Assembly: GCA_004357385.1 (NCBI GenBank)
Contig: SMWF01000003.1
Coordinates: 50,635 to 114,634 of the forward strand
DNA from: Gammaproteobacteria bacterium
GTDB lineage: Bacteria; Pseudomonadota; Gammaproteobacteria; Pseudomonadales; Azotimanducaceae
Direction: 5' to 3'
DNA length: 64,000 nucleotides
Of this stretch, positions 29,370 to 40,741 are shown one piece after another. Below the pieces are notes generated by a model, which did no database searches, was not told where the DNA came from, and saw only the letters and a list, made by a program, of their open reading frames with translations. Each line of letters starts with the position of its first letter. Position 1 is the first letter of the stretch. The translations under genes and the position numbers were made by a program.

Positions 29370-30094
29370 AAGGTTTGGATGTACTTGCGTACCGATGAAA
29401 GGTGGCGCCGCGAGATGTCGACCCGCTCGTCGACCCCGCGCATGCGAATCTGAAAATGACCGTTCTCATCGCGCTCCAATCCCTCGATGAACCGCGAAGC
29501 CACGAGGGCATTCCGGTGCACGCGCACGAACCGCTCGCCGAACTCGTCTTCCAGCTCCCGCAGCGTTTCGTCGATGAGCAATTCACCCTCACCATGCCGC
29601 ACGGTCACATACTTCTGATCCGCCTGAAAGAAACGTACCTCTTCAATCGGAATCAGTTCTATTCCGCGCCGGGTACGCGCCGAAATGTGACTGCGGCGGT
29701 CGCCATCCTGCTCCATCAACGCCGCGAGCTGGGCTTTGTTGGCTCGCTTCGCCGAGCGCAGCACGTTGACCAGATCCTCGAGCCGGACCGGTTTCAGGAG
29801 ATAGCCGACCGCCTCCACGTTGAAGGCCTCCATGGCATGCTCTTCATAGGCCGTGCAGAACACCACCGCAGGGGGTTCCTCCATTTGCATCAGGTGTCGC
29901 GCCGCTTCGAGTCCGTCCATCCCCGGCATACGAATGTCCAGCAGCACGACGTCCGGCTGGGTTCGCTGGCATTCCTCGATTGCCTCCATCCCGTGACCTG
30001 CTTCGCCCACCACATCGTAGCCATCGACGTCCGCGAGCATCCGGCTGATGCGGTCCCGTGCCAGCTTTTCGTCGTCTACTATCAGTACTTTCAT
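29366..30094 (-). CDS. algR: LytTR-family response regulator
   Basis: Receiver domain MKVLIVDDE...DVVLLDIRMPGMDG plus a C-terminal LytTR domain. The algZ-algR-hemC order matches Pseudomonas. Its stop overlaps the hemC start. Confidence 0.8.
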   Translation of the reverse strand: MKVLIVDDEKLARDRISRMLADVDGYDVVGEAGHGMEAIEECQRTQPDVVLLDIRMPGMDGLEAARHLMQMEEPPAVVFCTAYEEHAMEAFNVEAVGYLLKPVRLEDLVNVLRSAKRANKAQLAALMEQDGDRRSHISARTRRGIELIPIEEVRFFQADQKYVTVRHGEGELLIDETLRELEDEFGERFVRVHRNALVASRFIEGLERDENGHFQIRMRGVDERVDISRRHLSSVRKYIQTL

Positions 30095-30119
30095 GGTTGT
30101 CCCATCACAATCACCGGCC

Positions 30120-31181
30120 TCACCCGTCCGTCCGGAACGGATACCGCAGCGTCGTTACGTAGAAATCGCCTCGCTCCTCGACATCGAGCGCGGCGCCGTT
30201 GCCATACAACACGCTGAGGCGGCTCTTGATGTTGTTGATGGCCATCTGATTGCCCTTGCTGAGCCCCCGGGATTCGGGCGGCGGCACGGGGTTGGTTATG
30301 TCGACGTGCACGATCTCACCATCGTAGCGCAACTTCACATGCACGGTGCCACCCTCCGGCAGGGGTTGGATCCCATGGTAGATGGCGTTTTCCAATAATG
30401 GTTGCAGCGTCAACAACGGAATCTTCAACGACTTGGGATAATCGCAGAGGTCCCAGTGTACTTTCAGCCGATCCCCCAAGCGCAGGCGCTCGATGCGTAC
30501 ATAACGCTCGCACAACGCGAGTTCCTCGGCGATCGGCACCTGATTGCCGGCCTCGTTGAGACTTGCCCGGAACAGCTCCGAAAGATCTTCCACCACGGAT
30601 TCCGCGGTGTCCGGTTCGGTTGGAATGAGGCTCGCAATGATGTTCATGCTGTTGAACAGAAAGTGTGGGCGGATACGCGATTGCAGCGCCTGAATGCGCG
30701 ACTGCAGCTCGGACTGTTCCTGCTCGCGGAGCTGCTCCTGAACGTAGAAGTAACGCAGCACCATGCCCGTGATGATGCCGGAAATGGCCATCTGGGTCGC
30801 AATCTTGGGCCAGTGAACGCCAGCCACGTCCCCCGATAGGGATCCTGCCAGAACGCGATCGGATATCAGGCCAACGATCAGGGTGACCGCAAGCACGATG
30901 ACGAACGACGCCAATGCGCCGCCCATGAGGCCCAGCGAGACCAACCGGCCACGTGCCAGGCAGAGCGTGCCTGAGCTGGCCAACGCCACCCATTGGACGA
31001 ACAACGAAGTCAGCGCGAACCGCGCCCAGGTGACCGGCCCGCCCGCGAACAGCAACACGATCACCAGTAATTGCGCGACCAGCACGACGATACCGAGCGC
31101 TGGCGCATTGCAAAGATCCGGGACGACAAAGCGGGTCAGTTTCGGCGGCTGACGAACTCGAGAGGTTGCAGCGTCATTCAT
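30120..31181 (-). CDS. algZ: LytS/AlgZ(FimS)-type sensor histidine kinase
   Basis: Four to five N-terminal TM helices, then the His_kinase block IRPHFLFNSMN and an HATPase domain. Confidence 0.78.
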   Translation of the reverse strand: MNDAATSRVRQPPKLTRFVVPDLCNAPALGIVVLVAQLLVIVLLFAGGPVTWARFALTSLFVQWVALASSGTLCLARGRLVSLGLMGGALASFVIVLAVTLIVGLISDRVLAGSLSGDVAGVHWPKIATQMAISGIITGMVLRYFYVQEQLREQEQSELQSRIQALQSRIRPHFLFNSMNIIASLIPTEPDTAESVVEDLSELFRASLNEAGNQVPIAEELALCERYVRIERLRLGDRLKVHWDLCDYPKSLKIPLLTLQPLLENAIYHGIQPLPEGGTVHVKLRYDGEIVHVDITNPVPPPESRGLSKGNQMAINNIKSRLSVLYGNGAALDVEERGDFYVTTLRYPFRTDG

Positions 31182-31221
31182 TCGCTGTTCTCCCGGTGGT
31201 ACGAGTTGCGTGTGCGTAGGT

Positions 31222-31230
31222 TGCTATAAT
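31222..31230 (+). promoter_or_regulatory. Extended -10 element TGCTATAAT upstream of argH
   Basis: Perfect TATAAT preceded by TGn, 32 nt upstream of the argH ATG. No good -35 element. Confidence 0.35.
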
Positions 31231-31261
31231 CGGCCGCCTTTTCATCCATCACGTCCATACG

Positions 31262-32653
31262 ATGAGCAACGAAGATCCGGCCACGCCCAAGCTCTGGGGC
31301 GGTCGATTCACCGAACAGACCGACGAGTTTGTCGAGCGTTTCACCGCTTCCGTAAGCTTCGATGCGCGGTTATACCGTCACGATATCATGGGCTCCATCG
31401 CCCATGCGCGCATGCTCGCCCACAGCGGCGTTCTCGCCCAGGGTGAATCCGACACCATCGTCGACGGTCTCGAGCAGATCCGCCGCGAGGTTGCCGCCGG
31501 CGAGTTCGTCTGGAGCGTCGCCCTCGAAGACGTGCACATGAACATCGAAGCCCGATTGATCGAATTAATTGGCGATGTCGGCAAGAAGCTGCACACCGGC
31601 CGATCACGCAATGACCAGATCGCAACCGACATTCGCCTCTACCTGCGCGACGAGATCGATGGCCTGCTGGCCCTGATGGGTGAGTTGCGCGGCGCGCTGC
31701 TGGACCTCGCGGAGCAACACGCCGCCACGTTGATGCCCGGCTTTACGCATCTGCAGGCCGCCCAGCCGGTCACATTCGGGCATCACCTACTGGCCTGGCA
31801 CGAGATGCTGGCGCGCGACGCCGAGCGTCTCACCGACTGCCGGCGCCGCACCAACGTCATGCCGCTCGGGGCCGCCGCCCTGGCCGGCACCACGTTTCCC
31901 ATCGATCGCGCGTTTACTGCCCGCGAACTCGGCTTCGAATACATCGCCGAAAACTCGCTGGACGCGGTCAGCGACCGTGATTTTGCGATCGAGTTCTGCG
32001 CCACCGCCAGCATCGCCATGATGCATCTGTCGCGGTGGTCCGAGGAACTGGTGCTGTGGACGTCCCAGCAGTTTCGCTTCATCGAACTGCCGGATCGTTT
32101 CTGCACCGGCTCGAGCATCATGCCGCAGAAAAAAAATCCGGATGTCCCGGAGCTGATTCGCGGCAAGAGCGCCCGGGTGTTCGGTCACACGATGAGTCTG
32201 TTGGCGCTGATGAAAAGCCAGCCGCTGGCCTACAACAGGGACAATCAGGAGGACAAAGAACCGCTGTTCGACTCCGTCGACACATTGCGCGACTGTTTGA
32301 CCGCCATGCTGGGCATGCTTCCCAACATCATCGTGAATGCCGAGGCGATGCGCAGCGCCGCCCTGGCGGGCTTCACAACCGCTACCGATCTGGCCGATTA
32401 TCTGGTCCGGCGCGGGGTCGCGTTCCGCGACGCTCACGAGGCGGTGGGTCAGGCCGTTGCCTTCGCAATCGCCAACGAGTTGAGCCTGGATCAGCTGGAA
32501 CTCGATCAGCTGAAGCAGTTCAGCTCACTGATCGAGGACGACGTGTTCAAGGTCCTGGAACTGGAGGGTTCGGTGGCGGCCCGCGACCACCTTGGCGGGA
32601 CCGCGCCGGACCAGGTCCGCGCCGCAGTGAAGCGCGCTCGCGCCAATCTGTGA
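31262..32653 (+). CDS. argH: Argininosuccinate lyase
   Basis: KLWGGRF N-terminus and the fumarate-lyase signature [12 protein letters not shown]. Confidence 0.97.
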   Translation: MSNEDPATPKLWGGRFTEQTDEFVERFTASVSFDARLYRHDIMGSIAHARMLAHSGVLAQGESDTIVDGLEQIRREVAAGEFVWSVALEDVHMNIEARLIELIGDVGKKLHTGRSRNDQIATDIRLYLRDEIDGLLALMGELRGALLDLAEQHAATLMPGFTHLQAAQPVTFGHHLLAWHEMLARDAERLTDCRRRTNVMPLGAAALAGTTFPIDRAFTARELGFEYIAENSLDAVSDRDFAIEFCATASIAMMHLSRWSEELVLWTSQQFRFIELPDRFCTGSSIMPQKKNPDVPELIRGKSARVFGHTMSLLALMKSQPLAYNRDNQEDKEPLFDSVDTLRDCLTAMLGMLPNIIVNAEAMRSAALAGFTTATDLADYLVRRGVAFRDAHEAVGQAVAFAIANELSLDQLELDQLKQFSSLIEDDVFKVLELEGSVAARDHLGGTAPDQVRAAVKRARANL

Positions 32654-32705
32654 GTGCTGGAAGCCGCGTATACTTGCGCGTTTATCAATAGCTGGCAATG
32701 CGGCA

Positions 32706-32858
32706 ATGCGACTGATCGGGCTCGTCCTGCTACTGCTTTCGGCGGCGACCTGCGGCCAGGAAGGACCACTCTACCTGCCGGAAGAATCGAACCGGGCGGC
32801 AGGCTGGCATCCGGCCGGTCCAGCCAACCTGACCCGCGCGATCAGCGATTACCGATGA
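32706..32858 (+). CDS. lptM: Small lipoprotein LptM (YifL/LppL family)
   Basis: Hand-translated 50-aa ORF, below the track cutoff: MRLIGLVLLLLSAATCGQEGPLYLPEE... It has a lipobox followed by the family motif CGxxGPLYLP. It sits directly upstream of lysA-dapF, as yifL and lppL do. ATGA overlap with lysA. Confidence 0.7.
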   Translation: MRLIGLVLLLLSAATCGQEGPLYLPEESNRAAGWHPAGPANLTRAISDYR

Positions 32859-34162
32859 CCTCCCCATTCCGCCAACGTGACGGTGAGCTTCACGTCGAGT
32901 CGGTCGCTGCAACCCGCATCGCCGAGCAGTTCGGTACGCCCACCTACGTCTACTCACGCGCGTATTTCGAGAACCGCTATCGGCGCCTGCTGGACGCGTT
33001 CGGAGACCGCCCGCCAGCGATTCGCTACGCCGTCAAGGCGAACAGCAATCTCGCCGTGCTCGACCTGTTTGCCCGCCTCGGGTCGGGGTTCGATATCGTT
33101 TCCGGCGGAGAGCTCGAACGCGTCCTGCAGGCCGGTGGCGACCCGGCACGCATCGTTTTTTCCGGCGTGGGCAAGACCGGCGAGGAACTCGATTTTGCGC
33201 TCAAGTTGCCGATCGAGTGCTTCAACGTCGAAAGCGAGGCCGAATTCGATCGGCTCATCGAGCACGCTGGGCGCCTGGGGCGGACGGCGCCAATCTCCAT
33301 TCGAGTGAATCCCGACATCGACGCCAACACGCACCCCTACATCTCGACCGGCCTCAAGGAAAACAAGTTCGGTGTACCCGTCGGCCTTGCGCTGCGGCTG
33401 TACCGGCGCGCCCACGTCACTCCAGAACTCGAGATCACCGGCATCGACTGCCACATCGGTTCGCAGATCGCCGACCTCAAACCCCTGATGGACGCGCTCG
33501 AGACGCTGCTGTCGATGGTAGACACACTGGCCGCCGAAGCCATCGAGATTCGCCATATCGACCTTGGCGGCGGGCTTGGCGTGCGCTACCGCAACGAACC
33601 CGATTTCGACGTCGAGGCCTATGCGGCGGCGATTCGCAAGCGGCTCGCCGACCGACCGCTGCAGCTGATGCTCGAGCCTGGCAGGTTCCTCGTCGCCAAT
33701 GGGGGAATCCTGCTGACGCGGGTGGAATACCTCAAGCCCGCCAGCGCACCCGAGCAACGTAATTTCGCCATCGTCGATGCCGCCATGAATGATCTGATCC
33801 GCCCGACGCTGTATCAGGCCTGGCACGACGTCGAACGCGTCGCAGACGCCAGCGACGCTACCGAAACGCGCTGGGATCTGGTGGGTCCCATCTGCGAAAG
33901 CGGTGACTTTCTCTGCCGCGACCGGCCGCTGCGCCTCGCGGCCGGTGATCTGCTGTGCGTGCGCTCAGCGGGGGCCTATGGATTCGCACAGAGTTCCAAC
34001 TACAACAGCCGCAACCGTGCCGCCGAGGTGCTGGTGGACGGCGACGCGTCCTACCTGATACGGCGCCGTGAAACCCCCCGCGATCAGCTTGCATTGGAAT
34101 CGGTATTGCCCGCCGACCCCGCCGCGACACGCTCGCTTCCCAAAGACGCCGGTGGGCGGTAG
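32855..34162 (+). CDS. lysA: Diaminopimelate decarboxylase
   Basis: Start re-placed at MTSPFRQRDGEL. Family blocks FGTPTYVYS, YAVKANSN, HIGSQI and CESGD. Confidence 0.95.
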   Translation: MTSPFRQRDGELHVESVAATRIAEQFGTPTYVYSRAYFENRYRRLLDAFGDRPPAIRYAVKANSNLAVLDLFARLGSGFDIVSGGELERVLQAGGDPARIVFSGVGKTGEELDFALKLPIECFNVESEAEFDRLIEHAGRLGRTAPISIRVNPDIDANTHPYISTGLKENKFGVPVGLALRLYRRAHVTPELEITGIDCHIGSQIADLKPLMDALETLLSMVDTLAAEAIEIRHIDLGGGLGVRYRNEPDFDVEAYAAAIRKRLADRPLQLMLEPGRFLVANGGILLTRVEYLKPASAPEQRNFAIVDAAMNDLIRPTLYQAWHDVERVADASDATETRWDLVGPICESGDFLCRDRPLRLAAGDLLCVRSAGAYGFAQSSNYNSRNRAAEVLVDGDASYLIRRRETPRDQLALESVLPADPAATRSLPKDAGGR

Positions 34163-34171
34163 GCTCGGCTG

Positions 34172-35032
34172 ATGCGCGTCAGATTCAGCAAGATGCACGG
34201 GCTGGGCAACGATTTCATGGTCATGGATCTGGTCAGCCAACAGGTTCATCTGGATCCGCAACTGGTCGCGCGCCTCGGCGACCGGCGTACCGGCGTCGGA
34301 TTCGATCAGTTACTCGCGGTCGAGCCACCCACCGATCCGGACGCGGACTTTTTCTATCGCATCTACAACAATGACGGCAGCGAAGCCCAGCAGTGTGGCA
34401 ACGGCGCACGCTGTTTCGCGGCCTTCATCAACGCCAACGGCCTGAGCGTCAAACAGAAACTACGCCTGCAATCGATCGCCGGCATCATCACCACAACACT
34501 GCGCGAGGACGGCAGCGTAGCCGTGGACATGGGCGTGCCGAGTGTCGAACCGGCGGACGTACCGTTCGCTACCTCCGCAACCACAACCCCACCGGAACCC
34601 GATGACATGGCCGGTCCGGGCCAGCACATCAGCGCCAACGGGGAGACCTACCGGGTGATCCCGGTTTCGATCGGCAATCCGCACGCCGTGCTGTTTGTGC
34701 CCAGTGTCACCGACGCCGATGTCGAGCGCGTCGGTGCAGCACTGACCCGTCATGACGCGTTTCCAGAAGGCGCCAACATCGGGTTCTGCGAAGTCGTCGA
34801 CCCGGGCTTCATGCGGCTGCGGGTTTACGAACGCGGCGTGGGCGAGACCCGCGCGTGCGGAACCGGCGCTTGCGCCGCGGTGGTCGCCGCGCAGCTTGCC
34901 GGACACTGCGAGCAACGGGTAAAAGTCTCGCTGACTGGTGGCAAGACCCGCATCCACTGGGACGGGCCCGGTCAATCGATCACAATGACCGGACCCGCAT
35001 GTCTGGTCTACGAAGGTCAGATCACGCTATGA
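34172..35032 (+). CDS. dapF: Diaminopimelate epimerase
   Basis: FSKMHGLGNDFMVMD, both catalytic Cys blocks (NNDGSEAQQCGNG and ETRACGTGA), and SIGNPH. Confidence 0.95.
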   Translation: MRVRFSKMHGLGNDFMVMDLVSQQVHLDPQLVARLGDRRTGVGFDQLLAVEPPTDPDADFFYRIYNNDGSEAQQCGNGARCFAAFINANGLSVKQKLRLQSIAGIITTTLREDGSVAVDMGVPSVEPADVPFATSATTTPPEPDDMAGPGQHISANGETYRVIPVSIGNPHAVLFVPSVTDADVERVGAALTRHDAFPEGANIGFCEVVDPGFMRLRVYERGVGETRACGTGACAAVVAAQLAGHCEQRVKVSLTGGKTRIHWDGPGQSITMTGPACLVYEGQITL

Positions 35033-35733
35033 GCGAACCCCACGACGGGCTGTTGCTGAACGACGCCACGGTCGCCGGGTACCTGCGCAGCCACCCGGAT
35101 TTCTTCGAACGGATGCCGGCTCTGATCTCCGAACTGTCGCTGCCCCATGACGCCGGTCAAGCCGTTTCGCTGGTGGAGCGACAGGTCTCGATACTGCGCG
35201 AACGCAACATCGATATGCGCCAACGGCTCAGCGAGCTTCTTGGCGCCGCGAACGACAACGACACGCTGTTCGAGAAAACCAGAACACTGACGCTCGCGCT
35301 GGTGGCAGCACCCGACCTGGAAGCCATCGACGCGGTGCTGGCCACCGAATTGATCGAGGGGTTCAGCGCCGACTGCGCCGTCTGTTACTTCAGTCAAGCA
35401 CATCCCGAGGCGTCGCACCCGCACCTGATCTACGCCGAATCAATCCAGGAGGTCCCGCTGTTTCATCTGACTCAGGGCACGGGGATTTCCTGTGGTCTGC
35501 TGCGACCAGACGAGTTCGAAGCCCTGTTCGGAACCCGCACGGAAAGCGAAGGCTCTGCGGCGATCGTGCAATTGGGACACGGCGTCCTGCTCGGGATGCT
35601 GGCCATCGGCAGCAAGGATCCGGAACGCTTCAGCCCCGACATGGGCACCCTGTTCGTTCGCTTTATCGGCGACATCCTCGCGCGCCGCCTGGTGGTTCTC
35701 GCCACCCGACCCTCTGCGGCTGATGAATCCTGA
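35029..35733 (+). CDS. yigA: DUF484-family protein (YigA-like)
   Basis: [17 protein letters not shown]-terminus followed by a GAF-like domain. Conserved position between dapF and xerC. ATGA overlap with dapF. Confidence 0.8.
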   Translation: MSEPHDGLLLNDATVAGYLRSHPDFFERMPALISELSLPHDAGQAVSLVERQVSILRERNIDMRQRLSELLGAANDNDTLFEKTRTLTLALVAAPDLEAIDAVLATELIEGFSADCAVCYFSQAHPEASHPHLIYAESIQEVPLFHLTQGTGISCGLLRPDEFEALFGTRTESEGSAAIVQLGHGVLLGMLAIGSKDPERFSPDMGTLFVRFIGDILARRLVVLATRPSAADES

Positions 35734-36709
35734 CGGCAGCTCCCTCCCCCCGGAGACTCACCCGGGCTCTCCCCCGAAATCGGCCCAAGGTCGGCCGACC
35801 GACCCGCAGGTTGAACGTTATCTGCAACACCTCGTGCGGGAGCGGAACTATTCGCATCACACCGTTGCCGCCTATCGACGTGACCTGTATGCGTTCAACG
35901 GCTGGCTCGACCGAGCCGACCTGACGACCTGCACCCGCCGCGAGATTCGCGACTACATCAGCCATCTGCATTCGGTGGGTTACGCCAGTCGCAGCATCCA
36001 GCGCGCGCTGTCCAGCATCAGGGCGTTCTTCGACTATCTGCGCCGCCAGGGCGCATCCCAGAACAATCCGGCGACCGGACTGCGCCCACCCAAAAGCCGG
36101 CGCAAACTTCCCGCCGTGCTGGATACCGATCAAACATCGAAACTGCTCGACTTCACGCCCACCAGCGAACTTGACCGCCGCGATCTGGCGATGCTCGAGC
36201 TGTTCTACTCCAGCGGCCTCAGGCTTTCGGAACTGGTCGGTCTGAATTGTGACGCGCTCGATCTCGACGAAGGTTTCGTGCGTGTCACCGGCAAGGGTTC
36301 CAAGGTGCGTCAAGTGCCACTCGGACGCTACGCGATCGCCGCGCTACGCGCTTACCTGGCACAACGGCAGGATCTATCGTCCGACGCGGCCGTTTTTCAA
36401 TCGCGGCCAGGCAAACGAATCAGTCAGCGCACCGTTCAGCAGCGCGTAAAACAGGTGAGCACGCGGCAACTCGGCAGTGATGTCCTGCACCCGCACATGC
36501 TCCGCCACAGTTTCGCCAGCCATCTGCTCGAATCCAGCGGTGACCTGCGCGCCGTCCAGGAACTGCTCGGCCATGCCGACATTTCGACCACCCAGATCTA
36601 CACCCATCTCAACTTCCAGCATCTGGCCAAGGTGTATGACGCGGCGCACCCGCGCGCGCGGCGCCGCTCATCCGAGGCGTTCGAACCATCCGAGACGGAC
36701 GAACCGTGA
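35723..36709 (+). CDS. xerC: Tyrosine recombinase XerC
   Basis: Phage-integrase fold with R..HxxR..Y residues ([26 protein letters not shown]). dapF-yigA-xerC-yigB synteny. Start placed at the ATG at 35723. Confidence 0.9.
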   Translation: MNPDGSSLPPETHPGSPPKSAQGRPTDPQVERYLQHLVRERNYSHHTVAAYRRDLYAFNGWLDRADLTTCTRREIRDYISHLHSVGYASRSIQRALSSIRAFFDYLRRQGASQNNPATGLRPPKSRRKLPAVLDTDQTSKLLDFTPTSELDRRDLAMLELFYSSGLRLSELVGLNCDALDLDEGFVRVTGKGSKVRQVPLGRYAIAALRAYLAQRQDLSSDAAVFQSRPGKRISQRTVQQRVKQVSTRQLGSDVLHPHMLRHSFASHLLESSGDLRAVQELLGHADISTTQIYTHLNFQHLAKVYDAAHPRARRRSSEAFEPSETDEP

Positions 36710-37416
36710 AGCCACGAATCCGGGTGGTGACCTTCGATCTCGACAACACCCTGTGGGACGTTCACAGCGTAATCGGCAACGCCGAGCGAACGCTGCGCGC
36801 CTGGTTCGACGAACGGATTCCCGAGGTGAATCAGACGTTTGACGGTGACGGGTTGCTGGCGCTGAGAACCCGCATCGTCGAAGAGAACCCGGAGATCGTT
36901 CACAACCTCACGGAGCTGCGGCGCACCACCTTCGTCCGCTCAATCGAACAGTGCGGTTACGACCCGCGTAGCGCCGTCCGGCTAGCCGACGAAGCGATGG
37001 TGGTGTTCCTCGACGCCCGCCACGACGTAACCTTCTTCGACGGCGCGCTGGAGGTGCTGGAGGAACTCGCGTCGCGCTACCTGCTGGGGGCGCTCAGCAA
37101 CGGCAACGCGGACGTCTTCCGGCTGGGGCTGGGCGACTTCTTCAGCTTCGACTATTCGGCGGCCAAAGTCGGCGCCAGCAAGCCAGCGCCGGACATGTTC
37201 CACGCAGCCCTGGAGCACACCGGCGCGGACCCCGAACAAATGGTGCACGTCGGCGATCACCTGGAACACGACATCCGTGCCGCGGCCAATCTCGGCATCC
37301 ATACGGTGTGGGTCAACCTGACCGGCGAGCGCTATCCGGACGATGCGCCTGCAACGGTGGAGGTAAGCGACCTGCGGGACGTTCCATCGCGCATCGACGA
37401 GCTGGCCGGTTCGTAG
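36706..37416 (+). CDS. HAD-superfamily hydrolase (YigB-like)
   Basis: Motif [12 protein letters not shown] and motif [11 protein letters not shown]. It follows xerC as in E. coli. The GTG start overlaps the xerC stop. Confidence 0.7.
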   Translation: MKPRIRVVTFDLDNTLWDVHSVIGNAERTLRAWFDERIPEVNQTFDGDGLLALRTRIVEENPEIVHNLTELRRTTFVRSIEQCGYDPRSAVRLADEAMVVFLDARHDVTFFDGALEVLEELASRYLLGALSNGNADVFRLGLGDFFSFDYSAAKVGASKPAPDMFHAALEHTGADPEQMVHVGDHLEHDIRAAANLGIHTVWVNLTGERYPDDAPATVEVSDLRDVPSRIDELAGS

Positions 37417-37428
37417 CGCGCGAACCTT

Positions 37429-38799
37429 TCAGAGGGCGTGCCGTTCGACGAACTCGCGCACCGCCCCGACCTCCGCGGGCAGCGACGTCTTGCGGCTGGT
37501 CGCGCCTTTGAGTGCCTCCAACGCAGGGTGCCGGGCCACCGGCTTGCCGATGGTCTGATCCACGGATTCGGGGAACTTCGCCGGGTGCGCGGTCGCCAGG
37601 CACAACACCGGACCGTCGGACTCGAAGCGGCGCGCCGCCGCCACGCCCACCGCTGTGTGCGGATCAACGATGTAACCCGTGTCGCGGTATGTTTCCGCAA
37701 TCGTTCTGAGCGTCGTATCCCTGTCCACAGACGTCGCCACGATGCGATCATCCAGAGGCGCGCCACCGCTCAACCGGGCCTCCTCTCCGCTCGCGAAAGA
37801 TTCCATGAACGCCCGCAACGCATCGCTGTCGCGGTTCAAGTGCAGGAACAGAAAGCGCTCGAAGTTACTGGCCACCTGAATGTCCATCGAGGGGCTGAGC
37901 GTGAAGTGCACCGCCCCGCGCTGGTACCTGCCGGTGTTGAAGAACCGCACCAGGATGTCGTTGTCGTTGGTGGCCAGAATCAGACGATCGATCGGCGCAC
38001 CCATCTTCAGCGCGACGTAGCCCGCGAAAATATTTCCGAAGTTACCGGTCGGCACACAGATCGCGGGACCCACGCCATTGCGCTCGAGCGCAAGCCCTGC
38101 CTGCACGTAGTACACGACCTGTGCCAGCACCCGTGCCCAGTTGACCGAGTTGACCGCGCCCAGGCCGTGCTTCGCCTTGAACGGGAGATCGTTGAACAAC
38201 GACTTCATGATCGCCTGGCAGTCATCGAAGCTACCATCGATCGCCAGGCAATGGACGTTGGCATCGGGCACTGCGGTCATCTGCAGTTCCTGCAACGCGC
38301 TGGTGCGGCCCTCCGGGTACATGACAAAGATCTCAATGCCGTCCCTGCCCTGAACGCCCGCAATCGCGGCGCTGCCGGTGTCGCCGCTGGTGGCGCCAAG
38401 GATGTTCATGCGCAGGCCACGTTCGGTCAGAATCTGCTCGAACAGCGTTCCCAGAAATTGCAGCGCGACATCCTTGAACGCCAGCGTGGGACCGTGAAAC
38501 AGTTCCATGATCTTCAGCGAGCCCAGATCACGAATGGGTACGATTGCCGGGTCATCGAAGCGTGCATAGCTGCGTTCCAACAGCGCCCGGAGCTCCACGG
38601 CCGACATGTCACCAATGAACTTACCCATCACGCGCTCGGCCAACTCGACGAACCCAAGCCCCCGCCAGCTATCCAGCTCGCCTCGCACATCCGGAATCGT
38701 CTCGGGCAATAACAAGCCACCATCGGGCGCAAGTCCGGTCAGGACGGCGTCCTGAAAAGGCATTGCGGGCGTTTCACCTCGCGTGGAGATGTAGTGCAT
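37429..38799 (-). CDS. thrC: Threonine synthase
   Basis: MHYISTRG N-terminus and the PLP-lysine block FHGPTLAFKDVALQ. Start at 38799; the in-frame ATG at 38814 is an alternative. Confidence 0.93.
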   Translation of the reverse strand: MHYISTRGETPAMPFQDAVLTGLAPDGGLLLPETIPDVRGELDSWRGLGFVELAERVMGKFIGDMSAVELRALLERSYARFDDPAIVPIRDLGSLKIMELFHGPTLAFKDVALQFLGTLFEQILTERGLRMNILGATSGDTGSAAIAGVQGRDGIEIFVMYPEGRTSALQELQMTAVPDANVHCLAIDGSFDDCQAIMKSLFNDLPFKAKHGLGAVNSVNWARVLAQVVYYVQAGLALERNGVGPAICVPTGNFGNIFAGYVALKMGAPIDRLILATNDNDILVRFFNTGRYQRGAVHFTLSPSMDIQVASNFERFLFLHLNRDSDALRAFMESFASGEEARLSGGAPLDDRIVATSVDRDTTLRTIAETYRDTGYIVDPHTAVGVAAARRFESDGPVLCLATAHPAKFPESVDQTIGKPVARHPALEALKGATSRKTSLPAEVGAVREFVERHAL

Positions 38800-38898
38800 G
38801 TGCTTGTTGCGCATGGAGCGAGCGGAGGATTCTACTCGAAACGCCCGGCGGTCGGCGCACCCTAAGGGGCACTTGAGCGCGCGCCTGGCAAGCTGCAA

Positions 38899-38931
38899 GA
38901 AAAAAGGGGCCGATGCTTTCGCACCAACCCC
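38899..38931 (-). terminator. Rho-independent terminator of glnK-amtB
   Basis: On the minus strand: GGGGTTGGTGC-GAAA-GCATCGGCCCC (11-bp stem with a GNRA loop) followed by TTTTTTC, 25 nt after the amtB stop. Confidence 0.7.
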
Positions 38932-38955
38932 TCGAAGCCACGTTAAGAACAGTGG

Positions 38956-40302
38956 TTAAAGGTTGTAGCCCGTCTCATCGTGCAAAGCGATGTCGAGGCC
39001 CATGGTTTCTTGTTCTTCATCGACACGCAAACCTATCACCAGATCCACCGCCTTCAGAATGATCAGCGTCGCGATCGACGTGTACACCAGCGTGGCCAGC
39101 ACACCCGTCGCCTGGGCCATGAGCTGATCGCTCATCAGACCTGATTCGACCCCGAACCCGGCGCCGCCAAAGGCTTCCGCACAGAAGATGCCGGTCAGCA
39201 GTGCGCCGACGATGCCACCGATACAGTGCACGCCGAATACATCCAGCGAATCATCGTAGCCGAACATGCTCTTGACCTTGGTCGAGACGAGATAGCAGAG
39301 CACGCCCGATGCCAGACCAATGGCCAGCGCACCCATCGGACCCACGGATCCGGACGCCGGCGTAATCGCAACCAGGCCGGCAACCGCACCGGTGATCATT
39401 CCCAGCACGCTGGGTTTTTTGTGCACTACCCATTCCGCACCCATCCAAGCCAGAGCGGACATGGCCGTGGCGATCTGCGTCACGAGCATCGCCATCCCAG
39501 CGGTGCCGTTGGCCGCGAGTTCACTGCCGGCATTGAAGCCGAACCAACCCACCCACAACATCGCAGCGCCGATGACCGAGAGGGTGAGGTTGTGCGGTGG
39601 CATGGCGACTCTGCCATAGCCCTTACGCTTGCCCAGCACCAGAGCCGTGACCAGTCCCGCAATTCCTGCGTTGATGTGCACAACCGTTCCGCCGGCAAAA
39701 TCCAGAATGCCTTGCGCGCCCAACCAGCCACCGCCGCCCCACACCCAATGGGTAATCGGCGCGTAAACCACCAACACCCAGATGCCAACGAACACCATCA
39801 ATGCGGAAAATTTCATCCGATCGACGAACGCCCCGACGATCAGCGCCGGGGTGATGATGGCAAAGGTCATCTGGAAGGTGAGGAACACGGTTTCCGGAAT
39901 GGTTCCGGACACGGAATCAGCGGTGACGCCCGCAAGAAACGACTTGCTCAAGCCGCCCCAGTACAGCCCGTCTGCGCCGAACGCAATGCTGTAGCCCCAG
40001 AAGACCCACAGCACCGTCACCAGGCAGGTAATGGCAAAACACTGCATCAGCACCGACAGCACATTCTTGCTGCGCACCATTCCAGCGTAAAACAGCGACA
40101 GGCCGGGGATGGTCATGAACAGCACCAGGACCGTCGCCACCAGCATCCAGGCTGTATCACCACTGTCGATCGCATCCTGGGCAAACACGGCGGGTGCAAA
40201 CAGCGCTCCCGCAAGCAACACCCCGATACGCCCCAGTCGTAGATCGCGCGCGCCCTTGGCGTGCGTTCGATCAATCTCGTTTTTTCGTAAAAGATCTTCC
40301 AC
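38956..40302 (-). CDS. amtB: Ammonium transporter
   Basis: 448 aa, 11-12 TM segments. Amt signature blocks DFAGGTVVHINAG and DVFGVHCIGGIVG. Follows glnK. Confidence 0.95.
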   Translation of the reverse strand: MEDLLRKNEIDRTHAKGARDLRLGRIGVLLAGALFAPAVFAQDAIDSGDTAWMLVATVLVLFMTIPGLSLFYAGMVRSKNVLSVLMQCFAITCLVTVLWVFWGYSIAFGADGLYWGGLSKSFLAGVTADSVSGTIPETVFLTFQMTFAIITPALIVGAFVDRMKFSALMVFVGIWVLVVYAPITHWVWGGGGWLGAQGILDFAGGTVVHINAGIAGLVTALVLGKRKGYGRVAMPPHNLTLSVIGAAMLWVGWFGFNAGSELAANGTAGMAMLVTQIATAMSALAWMGAEWVVHKKPSVLGMITGAVAGLVAITPASGSVGPMGALAIGLASGVLCYLVSTKVKSMFGYDDSLDVFGVHCIGGIVGALLTGIFCAEAFGGAGFGVESGLMSDQLMAQATGVLATLVYTSIATLIILKAVDLVIGLRVDEEQETMGLDIALHDETGYNL

Positions 40303-40328
40303 GATCAGTCTCCTATCGCTCGAAAAGC

Positions 40329-40715
<387 letters not shown>

Positions 40716-40741
40716 TCAGTGCGGAAGAGATTCTCGCTCAA

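Noticed and set aside
35723-36709. A tyrosine recombinase as a marker of an integrated mobile element.
   Set aside because: It sits in the canonical dapF-yigA-xerC-yigB housekeeping context. There is no adjacent tRNA, no att-like repeats and no foreign-looking cargo.
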